A stretch of DNA of 64,000 nucleotides, from positions 4,813,888-4,877,887 of the forward strand of contig NC_092676.1 in NCBI RefSeq assembly GCF_964355755.1, written 5' to 3'. Position numbers and translations under genes: made by a program. The DNA is from Antedon mediterranea. Taxonomy: Eukaryota; Animalia; Echinodermata. The notes beneath the pieces were generated by a model. It ran no database searches, was not told where the DNA came from, and saw only the letters and a program-made list of their open reading frames with translations. Positions within the stretch are counted from its first letter, which is position 1. Each line of letters opens with the position of its first letter. Below, one piece after another: positions 12,315 through 24,500 of the stretch.

Positions 12315-15300
12315 ATGGCGAGCGACTTGGACATAACTGTACCGGATTGTTATAAACAAGTTAGACCGTATATTCTAATCGCAAAGGAACATGACACAAG
12401 GGACCCGATTGTATCATATTATGGTATAGTATTTTGATACATTTCAGACGCCTTACAATCATACATTTTGTAATATTTGCTTTAGAAATCACACTTCAGT
12501 TAGGCCCAACTCACAGGACAGCAGCACAACCAACGACCGGAACGGGCACGGACGGCAACGCCCGGACCGGCTCACTGAGTCGTTATCGGTCTACACTATT
12601 TTATTATAGTACGTTAACAGGACCCTCTATTTATACGTAATCTATGGCCGGTAGTGCCTGGTAGTAGGTTCATGATATAAAATATATTCTTGCATTTTTT
12701 AAGTAACACTAACACAGTCAAATAAATTTAGAATTTTAGGTAGGGTAGGGAGGCCAACTACTACTAGGCCTAGGTCTAGAGTTTAATTCTACAGTCAAGT
12801 CAGTGATTTTAATTTGGTTTACTGCATGTGCCAAACAACAATTCGCGTCAACTGTGTTACGTAACGCGTTACTGATTAGTGCTTAAAAGCATTTTATGAT
12901 AAAACGCCAAAAATGGCCAAGTAGTATTTTAAATTATTTTATTTGTTTCCTTCAGCTAGACGTTATGCAATGGAAACAGCTATGCAAATGAAACAACCAA
13001 GATCTCCAGAAACCAAGGCATTTTTGTTTGGTCTGATGGATGTCTTAGAAAAGGTAACTGGGACAAAATGACCACTTGAAAAGTAATAGGTTGGGGGTGG
13101 CTGTTGATGTATTTTAAAGTACAGTACTTTATAATGCTCTCTATTTTCAGTGTAAGAAAACTATTCAAGACGCTGGAAATGATGAAGTCGTGTCAAGTGA
13201 CGTCGTAGGATCAGTTCATGTCGAGAATTACGCTATAAAAATATTTCTTTTTGCCGACAATGAGGACAGAGCCTCTAGGTTCAACAAGTGAGTAATAAAT
13301 ACTTTTACGTTTATGATAAATACCAAAGATTGAATTTAACACATTTTATAATTACCACAATTGACACATTTAATTTGATTAAAACACAGAAATTACATTA
13401 TATTAATAACATTCAGGCCCAGAGATAGAAGGTTTTATGGTTCACTTGAACCATATTGTTGAGCGACATTCACCATGTACAGTAGGTATACTCCACTCTT
13501 TGATGATTCCACATTCCTGGTTCAAGTATATGAAAGGCCACAAATAAATGTCATTATGGCATCAGCATTAATATAACAATAATAGCCCACTTCCATATCT
13601 AACTAGTCTGATAAATTCTTAATTGTTTCGTCAACCATGATTTTCACCTCCAACTAACGTTTTCAATCTTGCTGCTTAAATTTTGTTGTAGATTTTTCTA
13701 ATTGTTTGTTTTGATGTTTTTAATTAAAGGCATTTTCTAAAAAAATCCTCAATCCAGCTTTTTTGACTGAGCACTACAGATTTTTATTTGACTTAGTGAA
13801 TTGTTTTGAAATGTTTAAAGTGAAATAAAGATACCAAGATATATATTTCTGTAATTGAATTATTTATTAATAATTCATTTTCAGAAACACAGTCAAATCA
13901 TTTTACAAAGCAGGATTACTCTTTGATATTATGCAAACTTTTGGTGAATTATCAGATGAGGTAAGTTTAGCATAGCTCCTATCACTGAGAACAACCTGTG
14001 TGAATAAATATTTCTTTAAATTTGCCAAGATTTTTTCTAATGACAAATTACAACTCCACTCCCAAAGAATAAGACTTTGTTTATGTAGAGCATCTTGTAT
14101 ATGTTTGTCTCTTGTGAACATGATAGCCACCTTTAAGGATAGTGAATGAATTTGCTTATTTTTATCCTTGGCAATTTACCTAAATATATAAAAACACGAC
14201 AAAACAAAGGTGTCCCCTTTAGAAAGGATGTACATGTAGTGTAAAAACAATCAGTATCTCCCTTTGTTTTTTTTTTTATTTAGAAAATGTCCCCTTAATA
14301 GAGATGTCCCAAAGGAGGGGTTCCTCTATACTTTAATATGACTCAATAATAATAATAACTTTCTTTTAGTTGGCAACAAATAGGAAATATGCTAAATGGA
14401 AAGCAACTTACTTAAATAACTGTTTAAAGAAAGGAGAAACACCGCACCCAGGACCTTTGGATGAAGAGGGTGGAGGTAACGTATACAAACAAACCTATTC
14501 ACTATTTTACTTTATTATTTCCATTTTAATTGGCAAAATGAATTGACTATTGGATCTTTTGCTTATTTTATTTTGTATTTCAAATGAGATCCAGCCACTG
14601 ATACCAAAGATTGTATAGCGGCGCAAGATAGGTAACTGTTGCCAAGCTCCTATCTTATAACACTACGCGCCCAGTAAATCCATGGACGCCATTTGGGCGG
14701 ACAGAGGTTTATTATTGTGATTTAAATGTAAATGGTTTAAATTTTGCGGTCCGCCTCGAAGTATCTGTGGTTAACCATCTTGAGGATTGATTCATAGAAA
14801 AGGGAAGAAATTATGTAAACGAAGTAAAATAAAAGTTTCTTTGGGATCTGGACACTTTACGATTAAGTCTGTGTGTTTACATTGAAATGCCTGGTTAGAT
14901 AACTTCGTTCCTTGACCGAAACATCGTACGAAATTGCCTTGACAACGACTTTATTCCTGTTCAAATTTGTCTGCCGGAATGGCGTCCATGGATTACAAAC
15001 GTCTCACCCAGTTACCTATCTTGCGCCAGCCACTGATACCCACAACATTGTCATTTTTTAGTAATTTGCCTTTAGATTTACTGTTAATGGATAGTTAATT
15101 AATTTATGTTATTTTTTCAGTGGGTGCACCAGTATATTCACAACCTCCAAATACCCCAGCAGATGGTGTCGCACCGCCACCAGCTGGTTTTGCTCCCTCA
15201 ACACAAACATACCCTCCACCACAGCAACCAATGTACCCTCCCCCTCATCAACCTGGACCATCCTACCCTCCCCAAGCCCCATCTGCAAGTTACCCTCCAC

Positions 15301-16202
15301 CTGCCAGTAACTTAATGCCTCCTGGAGCTCACGCCCCGCCCACAACTCCTGAACAGTCGGGTGGACAGATTGGGATACCAGGACCCACGGACCAATCAAC
15401 TAGCGGTGGTGAGTAAAGTTAAGCTCTGTCTAAACTATCACAACTTGTTTGACAAAAAAAGTGTGATTTGCCCAAATATTGTAGTGATATGCCCAATATG
15501 GTATACAGTATCATGTCCTTATATGTGTACATCACATTTTTTTGTCACATAAAGTTTGATTGTTTAGACAATGCTTTAGACACTTATTAATTCAATAACA
15601 AATAAAGCGAAACAAATAAAGCGCTCAAAAACCGAGCTGACTACTTGTCAAAAATGCAGAAAGCAACAATAATATTTATATTTCAGCTCATACTGAAGAC
15701 ACAGATAACTTAATATTTGAATAAACTCTTGTGGTGATAATGACATCAATATATTATCAATTTTGTTTTAAATTGGCATGGCATGTTCTCTGTTGATATA
15801 CCTTTAAAAAAAATTCAGGACGATTACTTGAAAATTGCGAATTTTGTTATTATACTAAACGAAAAAACAAATATATCAAGAGAAAGTAATGATTATAATT
15901 GGCATATAGCCAAGAAATGAACAATTGGGGAATAGCACCCTAGTTCATACTGTACAAAGTGAAATACCTGAAAAGGTATAATATAAAATTATAAATCAAT
16001 ATTATGTTAAAATGCCTTTTTAACTAGTTTAAAGTACTGTGATGTATCTTTTTCTACAGTTCAACTTTCTATCTCTGACTTTGCCAAAGCGCAAAAGTTC
16101 TGCAAGTTTGCCGGGAGTGCTTTACAGTACGAAGACGTTCCAACAGCCGTTGAAAATTTAGAGAAAGCTCTACAATTATTAAAAACAGGAAAAGTAGATT
16201 AA
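12315..16202 (+). CDS. VTA1: Vacuolar protein sorting-associated protein VTA1 homolog (tandem MIT domains, Pro-rich linker, C-terminal VSL domain), complete, 7 exons
   Basis: Exons 12315-12423, 12956-13053, 13151-13287, 13885-13960, 14370-14475, 15121-15408, 16060-16202 (TAA) with consistent phases. AKEHDTRDPIVSYY, HVENYAIKIFLFADNEDRASRFNK, RKYAKWKATYLNNCLKKGETPHPGP and FAKAQKFCKFAGSALQYEDVPTAVENLEKALQLL are diagnostic of VTA1/LIP5. AATAAA at 16249-16254. Confidence 0.96.
14606..15027. mobile_element. TIR element (MITE) in VTA1 intron 5, nested in another dispersed repeat
   Basis: GGCGCAAGATAGGTAACTG (14620) / CAGTTACCTATCTTGCGCC (ends 15027), plus inner inverted pair AATCCATGGACGCCATT / AATGGCGTCCATGGATT. 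Confidence 0.7.
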
Positions 16203-17037
16203 AAGTGTAAATTATTAAGCAGAAAAATAATGTATATAGTTGTTATAAAATAAATATTGTTCATAGGTATAAGGAACCATGTACAAATTATTTTACTTGC
16301 TGCAGTTACTGCAGTAATTAGATTTTTTCATTGGAACAATGATTTTCAAGGCACGTAAATGCAAAGTAGTTTGACCAATGACAGTTTTGATAGTCCGTCG
16401 CTTGTGATTGGTCAAATTACTTTTGTTGCGCTTGCGTCCTTGCGTTGCGTCCTAGTGGGAACCAAGATTTATATTTAACAAAAGCTTACAAGAATTAAAA
16501 TATAAAATTTTATATTAAAATATAACTGCCTTATGTATCTTTTACTCATTCACTAATTCAACTAAATATTATATTATTTTCATATTTTGGGATTTTGCGT
16601 GTAGAAAAAAAAGTAATTAGGGGGTAATCTTGGGCCCCTCTCCCTAAAAAAGTCCCCTGAATAACAGTGGCCCATGGAGTTATACCTCCATGTGAGTGGC
16701 CGTATGTGTAAAAAAACACAATACTTCTCTCGTTTTACGGACAAGTGTCCTAAAATATGAGTGTCCCAAAGTACTGTAGAAGGTTCTCCTGCAGTATGCA
16801 TTTTTTTCTTCATTCATTCTAACAATAGCTTCTTTAACTGTAAATAAAGTTAAAATAATTTTTTGTTTAAAAAAAACGCGTCAAAGTTAAGATTGTTCAG
16901 ATTGCTCTACTCAGATTTTTAATCTAATTAGTCTAATTCCTGTGTCGTGCAATAAAACTTGTCGAAAATAAAATGTGGTGTAAAGTGCATTCAACTCATT
17001 ACTTGGTCGTTCGTTTACTTCACACATGCGTCCTTCT

Positions 17038-17676
17038 AAACTTGGTTCCCACTAGCGACGCAACGTAACGCAATCTACGCAACGTAAGAAAATGCCCTTC
17101 CAATCATTGTGTTTTCCCCCGCCTGCGTGAAATCAAACCTGCGATTTTGCAGCACTATTGCGTCGTCGGTTCTCACTTGTGATTACGCAATACAGCACTT
17201 TACGTCAATACGTCGTTACGTTGCGCCTTGCGTGGGAACTATCGCTTAAAGCGTGGTACCCACTAGAACGCAGCGACGTATCGACGCAATAGTGCTTCAA
17301 ACATCGCAGGTTTGATTTCAAACACAATTATTGGAAGGGCATTTTGCGTAGGTTGCGTTACGTTGCGTCGCTAGTGAGAACCAAGCTTTAACGGTGAGCG
17401 GAAAACCACGTAGCAATTGTCCCACGTAGAACCTGTATCTATTATCCTCAGAGCATGGACCTATAAATGAATTTATAGGTCCATGCTTAGAGGAAACCGC
17501 CCGTCCGCTCCGTGCTTTGTGTAAATGGTAATAAAACGTGGTTCCCACTAGAGACGCAACGCAAGGACGTACGCGCAACGCAAGCGAGTTGACCAATGAC
17601 CGGCCACTGTTCCGTAACCCATCGCTGGTGATTGGTAAAATCCTTGCGTTGCGTCGCTCGAGGGAACCAAAGCTCA
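17038..17676. mobile_element. Cluster of MITE family B copies (TIR AGCTTGGTTCCCACTAG, GACGCAACGCAA subrepeats)
   Basis: Copies at about 17038-17247 and 17247-17389 (opposite orientation) and 17535-17676; related copies at 7914-8056 and about 16340-16468. Flanked by TAA/TTA, suggesting Harbinger type. Confidence 0.7.
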
Positions 17677-18274
17677 AGGAATAACATAGATTCTATATTT
17701 TAATTACCGTTACGTGTATATGAACATTATTGGAATGGATGGAACAACTTAACTTGACTTGAGAAAATCACCCCGTCCTTTTTTTTTAGCATACTAGTCC
17801 TATTGGTTCCATTCGGTGAACTAAAGATGAAATGTTCTTTATTTTGACTCGACTTAATTCGGCTCGTGAAAGTATTTAATCAGCTCTCACCTTATAGCAT
17901 TATTTGTACAATTGCATTATAATTATCATTCAATTCCGTAGTATTGCTCATCCATTCATTTTTACCATTCCTTATTAATTATAGAACTCCTCATTTGAAT
18001 AAAAAAAAAAACAGAACCAAAATATATTAATTATTCCGGCCCCATGTCTGAATTAAAGTTTCTTAATTTATTATATGTTATTGATAATTTTCGTTCCATA
18101 TGCGTTTTTTCAATTGAAAGAAATGAAAGAAAGAAATGAAAGAAATTGGTCATAGCTTAAATTAAAATTTTTTTTATAATTATTTTGGCGGAACATGCAA
18201 GCAGAATAAGCAGCAGAAGTATTTTTTTGTTATAATCGGGAGAACGGTCTATAATTGGCCGGCTAATCAATGAA

Positions 18275-18560
18275 TGACGTCAATCAATATCTTTAGGCAA
18301 TTTTCAATTTCATCTTATAGTATCTTACAGTCATAAACGATTTTTTATATTTTCTTCGTTTTTAAAGATTTTAATTAACCAATAAAATATCATCCGTTTA
18401 CATAATAGATTATTATATTTATTTAAAAACATTTAATTAGGGCTACTAACTAGAGGGCGGACCTATTGGAAACAAAATCCCAACAATCGATCACATGTTG
18501 GTGGTGGTGGCCTTGACATTTAATATTATCACGTGTGTGACATAATTTCACGTGACCATT
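18275..18560 (+). promoter_or_regulatory. Putative IGF2R promoter with CLEAR/E-box cluster
   Basis: TCACATG 18491-18497, TCACGTG 18529-18535 and TCACGTGAC 18548-18556 (CLEAR-like) lie within 100 bp of the ATG; also GGGCGG 18455-18460, reverse CCAAT about 18465 and CRE TGACGTCA 18275-18282. Confidence 0.55.
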
Positions 18561-18584
18561 TATCGAATTCTTTTTTTCATAACA

Positions 18585-21500
18585 ATGGCGTTTCGTCCGG
18601 AGGTAGTTCACGGAAATTGTTCATTAATATTGTTTTTATTCATTATTATTTGTTTAACAATTAATGAAACACATTCAACTACACAGTGCATGGCAGGAAA
18701 ATATGATCTGACGCCAATAAGTGCATGGTAAGCGAATATAAATTATCTAGGCCTGGATAGATAGCCTAGGTACTCAGCTGAAAAGTTTGGAGGTGAACGA
18801 AAGTGCTGCAGTAGCGGGTGAATCCAGTAGCGCCGATACAATAGGCTGATGCCTAGCTAAGCCTGCTCTTTGTTTTGGTTCGGAGGCCTAAGCCTAGTCT
18901 AGTGTATGTTTTGTGAATTAAAGAACTAGTAGGCTAACTACTAGGCCTACAATACATTAAAAGCGTTTGTTACACACTGTGTATCATCACTGTATTGTGT
19001 GTGTGACTGTGTACTACTACTAGTTATATTGTTATTTTAATAATTCTAGGTAGGTTTACAGTATTATAGGGGTAGTTAGGCCTATTATCATGATACCAAA
19101 AGGGTGTGTAGAAAGCGACGACCTCGAATTGAACGACCCCAACGACCTGGGCGACCTCGAATTGGACGACCTAGAATTGGACGACCCATAACACGAAACT
19201 GACGACCCCTATAGCCTAGCCGTGTGGTATAACATCCCGAAGCCGAACATAGCCAAAGATCTTTAAACCATACCTTATATAATACTCGCAAGCAAGCAAT
19301 TGATTGAAAAAATACAGAATATCGCCATTTCATACTGAATGTGTCGACACGAACAAACGAACAGATATGGAACGCCAAGAGTGCATCATTAAAACTGCAT
19401 TCGACATATTAAAAATAAATTAAAAAGAAAGAAATATTATACATTACATGGTTAAACCATGGACGTATAATTACATCTGGTCTTCTTATAACGAACACTA
19501 TAGGCCTACCAAGCAGCGTGTTGCGAACATGTGCATGGGGGGAGGGCCATAAGAAAAGCTTTACATTTCACACATGCATTGTATACGGTCAAACCTTCTC
19601 ACCCGCCGCTGAAAAAGGGGCCGTTTTGACCTGGTATTTCGTGTGCTAATCGGATCGAATGCAGTTTTAATGATGCACTCTTGGCGTTCCATATCTGTTC
19701 GTTTGTTCGTGTCGACACATTCAGTATGAAATGGCGATATTTCTGTATTTTTTCAATCAATTGCTTGCTTGCGAGTATTATATAAGGTATGGTTTAAAGA
19801 TATTTGGCTATGTTCGGCTTCGGGATGTTATACCACACTTAGGCCTAAGCTAGGCTAGGGTCGTCGGTTTCGTGTTATGGGTCGTCCAATTCTAGGTCGT
19901 CCAATTCGAGGTCGTTGGGGTCGTCCAATTCGAGGTCGTCGCTTTCTACACACCCGATACCAAAACCATACATAAGGGCTACGTTTATGAATCTTCATTG
20001 ACATTAGCATAAAACCACTAGCCTATTCCTAGTGTATTTTCCTGAAGCTTGTATGTATTTGTTGTAAATTGGCTTATTTTTGTTTCATTTCATTTTCAGG
20101 GATATTTGGCACCTAAAAACTAAGATTTCTGACAAACCGGTCCATTTCTCAATCAACCCATGCGGTAGCTTACCAAATGGCATATGTAGCAGTGAACACG
20201 TTTCAATCTGTATGAGTGATGACACAAATACTGCCACAGTAATAGGAAATTTTTCCGAAACATTAGAGCCAAAGACATTTGAGCATAAAGGAGGCTTTCG
20301 ATTGGATTTCCAAGGCGGCATTTGCCCATCAGCCTCAGGATCCAAGAGGTTCTACAACACCAGTATAAACTTCAAATGTGGTAATAGCCTTGTAAGTATG
20401 GTTTATTCAAGGATTGATCATAGGCGGGTTCAAGGAGCATATGTTCCAACCCTCCCGATTTATTCGGGAGTCTCTCAAATTTTAACATCATCTCCCGGTC
20501 TCCTGAATTTCAAATATATCTCCTGGTTTCACACATGTTTCTATAAAATTCAGTATTATTGTATTAAAAAGGGCCATAGAAAATCAGTTTTCCCACAAAA
20601 GTTAATATTAAAAATTAATTTAATCATCACACATCGTACGTACCATCATCGTAAATGATACAATGAACAATTGATAGCATTGATAGATTGTATAGCGCCA
20701 CTTCTTAATAGTTGATAGTGCGATATTATACAACGCGAGCGTCGTGTGTCTACAATAAAAAGTTTTTAATTATAATTTACGCACTAGGTGCATATGTTGA
20801 ACATTGGTGGCGATAGACTTCACAGTCCTTAACTTTGGTGGCAGTATACTCTCCCGATTTTTAATTCATTTCGGTTGGAACATTTGAAGGAAGCCCATCC
20901 AGCCTGTGTACTTGAAGAAAATTTTTATAATCTACACACAAAAATTGGACACTTTATGCCATTTATGTAGGCCTTGGGAGGAGTTTGCTGTATACAGTGT
21001 TAAACCATTATGAAAGTATCCCCTTAATAGAGGTGTTTCCCGGCATTCTAAAGTAGAGGTGCTATTGTAACTGAATAATCTAGTTTCCTAAATGGTCTGT
21101 CTACATGGACAAGTCTAGAGAAAACTCAAATTGACCGCCTTTTTAAACTACAAAAACGTGCACTTCGGATTTGCGCGGGAGAATCATTTAGAGCCCATAC
21201 AAAATTACTTTTTAAAAGATTTAACGTTTTAAACATTTATGATTTAAATAAATTACAAGTTGCCTCATTTATGTACCGTTTATCTAACAATTTACTGCCT
21301 TCACATTTTAATGCTTTATTTACAAGAATTGACGAACGCCATTCCTATAAAACCCGATCCTCTGTTAACAATTATATCCTTGATAATTTAAATGTTAAGG
21401 CTCGACGATTTTCTATGTATTATTTTGGTCCCAAACTTTGGACTTCACTCTCAAATGAACTTAAACAGAAATCTTCCTTTTCTAGTTTTAAATCTAATTT

Positions 21501-24500
21501 CAAACACAAAATGGTGTCAGAATATGCTACATAAATTTTCGCCGATCTTTTATCCTTATTTATTTGGTGGTGATACATGGCATTAAATCCTTCACCCTGG
21601 TATTCAATAATCTCCGCTACATTGTATCGTTATACTTGTTATTATACCATATTTAATTATATTTCATATTGTACTCTAATTGTTATCATTATCCCTTTTA
21701 TCATATATTATATAATTGCCTGGTTTATCTTAACTTCTATAATTTAAATTTTTTTTTATTTCTTTATTTTATGTACTTTCACTATTATATATTTATATTT
21801 TAGTCTACTCTGTAGCAATGTTAGTATACTTAGGCATACGGGAGTCACGACTTAAAGTTCAGTGAACTTACTGTGACTTCCATCCACCCACATTTAATAT
21901 ATGTTATGTTATGTAAATGTAAATGATATATATATATATATATATAAGTGAGTGGAAAAAATAAATAAACGAAACGAAACGAAACGAAACGAAACACTAT
22001 CAAACTTTATGTGACAAAAAATGTGATGCGCCCTTATGATGTCATATCACTACTATGTTTGGGTATATCACTACCATATTTGAGTCAAACTAGTTTGATA
22101 GTGTAGACAGAGCTTTAGGTTAAAACTTTGAGGTTGGTGGTGTATGACAAACAAGCAATATTTTTTTACGTTATTTAAAGATTTAGATGTCCCACATAAT
22201 GCCTTTTTCATATCACGTAATAGTCACTTTGACCAAAACCTGGATCGAAAAAAAAAATGATTTACGTGAAAAAAATGTTATTTAAACCAAAAAATACCTA
22301 AATTTTCTGTTAGACAATTGTTTTTGGTTAAAATTAACTGTTTTGTTTGTCTTTTTACAGAAGTGAATAACTTAAAACTGCAAAATGGCCTATTCAAAGA
22401 ATGATTTTATTAATCTTCATTTTTCATGTTTTTGGGGGACAATACATCTTTAATAATGAATTTAATAATTTATTAAATATTATTACAGGGTTCACCCATA
22501 CTTTTAGAAAGTTCTGCGTGCAGTTTTTTCATTGAATGGCACACGACCGCTGCTTGCGATCGCGTCGATCATCAAGCGGTGAAGGAGAACAGGTGTTATC
22601 TTTATGACAACCAAAATAAGAAGCATGACTTCACGCCATTGGTGAAACAGTTTTCAGGGTACTTGGCAGTCTCCAATGGTGACTATGATTTCTACATTAA
22701 TGTTTGTAGAAATATACAGGCTGGTAAGTTCTTTGTACTGCAGTTACTGCAGTAACCTACATTTTTTACTCCATGTATGATTTTTGTTTGTTTGATTTTT
22801 ACTGTAGAAGTTTTATGAGTCAGTCTCTGCAATAAATAGTGTGTATGATTACTTAAAAAAAACTTTCTAAATAATTTCATAAATCGGGTTAAAAGAGTAA
22901 ACAGGTGGCTGTGAAAAAGTTAATTTATACTGAAGGCGTAATTAGAGTACCCCCTCTGCAGGTTAACAACAACCACAGTTGAGAGCCTATGTGATGAGCA
23001 CGAATAGTATACTGTACTAAAGCTTCAATATGCATATATTTAGGGTTTCACATCCTATCCGAAGGACAAGGCAATGATAGTAAAAAACATCTCTAAGAGG
23101 GTACAGGTCTTGAACTCTTTTGTCTCAGATTTAAGCCTGATTGCCTTTATGCCATATGGTGCTAAAGTATGTGACAAAAATATGTGATGTGTCCATATAT
23201 ATAGACATGATGTCATATCACTACCGTATTTGGGAATATCACTACCATATTTGGTCACATCATTGATAGTGTAGACAGAGCTTACAGTTCTTGAACCTTT
23301 AATATCTCATTTAAGTGTTAATTCCATTGTACCATTTTACTAGTTAACAAATTATATTAGGCATGGCCTTAAAGCTCTGTCTACACTATAAAACTTTATG
23401 TGACAAAAATATATATGAACATGATGATGTCATAGCACTACAATATGTGTGCATATCACTACTATATTTGGGCGCATTACAATTTTTGTCACATTAAGTT
23501 TGATAGTGTAGACCGAGCTTTAGTAATTACATTCATTAGAAGTATTTCTTGTTAGATGTATCTTGAAATAAAAAACAAATGTTTTCTAATTTGCAGAAGG
23601 GTCGACATCATCTTGTCCACAAGAGGCTGCTGCTTGTCGCATTGATAGTAGTGATGGTTCCGCGGCCAAAACAGCGTATAATATGGGCGCGCCGGTGGAT
23701 CGAGAGTTTGTTCGTCTCAATGATAATAAATTCTCACTTTACTATGAGCACGCAGAAACAAATATCCCAGGATGTAATAATCACAACCCGTCTACGACGA
23801 TTACATTCATATGCCCTAGAGAGGGGCCTAGAATTGGGGAGGTGAGCATTTTGTATGGCTTGATTTAGTTCAGTAGACCCAATAACGTGTGTTCCATGAA
23901 TAGTGTCGGCTGTTTTAAAACATATATTTTCCTCCTTTGTTAAATGTGGAAGTGTCCTTTAATATGGGTGTCCTCTGAATGTGGGTTTCCCAAAGAAGGA
24001 CTATACTGTATATGGGGTTAGAGGTCATAACATTTTAAAATCTACAGTATGCTATTAAAATTAGTTTCATTATTTTTTTGTTGTCAATTATGACATTATC
24101 ACATTATCAATCTATTTTAGTTTTGAGATAAATACTTTTTTATTATTTCAGAGTCGAGCACCAGTTGTGACGTCTGATTACAACTGCCAATTTCAAGTTG
24201 AATGGCAGACTGAGTATGCATGTGAAACGGAGATGCTGACGTCGCACACCTGTGTTCTAGACAGCGACAAATACGGGATTGACATTGACTTGGCTCCTCT
24301 TCAAAAAGCAGGTTAGTTTCTGTTTCAAAATGTTTCTTTCGACATCATTACTGCCGAGAGACATAATATCCCGAAAGTGTAAAATTAAAACGGTATTGAA
24401 AATGAAAACTGGCTTTCATGTTCGCAACTGGTCATCTATTCATAGAAAGTACTTATAATATAAGGCAGTCAATATATGCCGAAAATAAAATTGATTCACA

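Noticed and set aside
19088-19378. 96-aa minus-strand Arg/Gly/Pro-rich ORF and other short ORFs in the track
   Set aside because: These fall in transposon subrepeats, MITEs or antisense to real exons, with no independent protein motifs.
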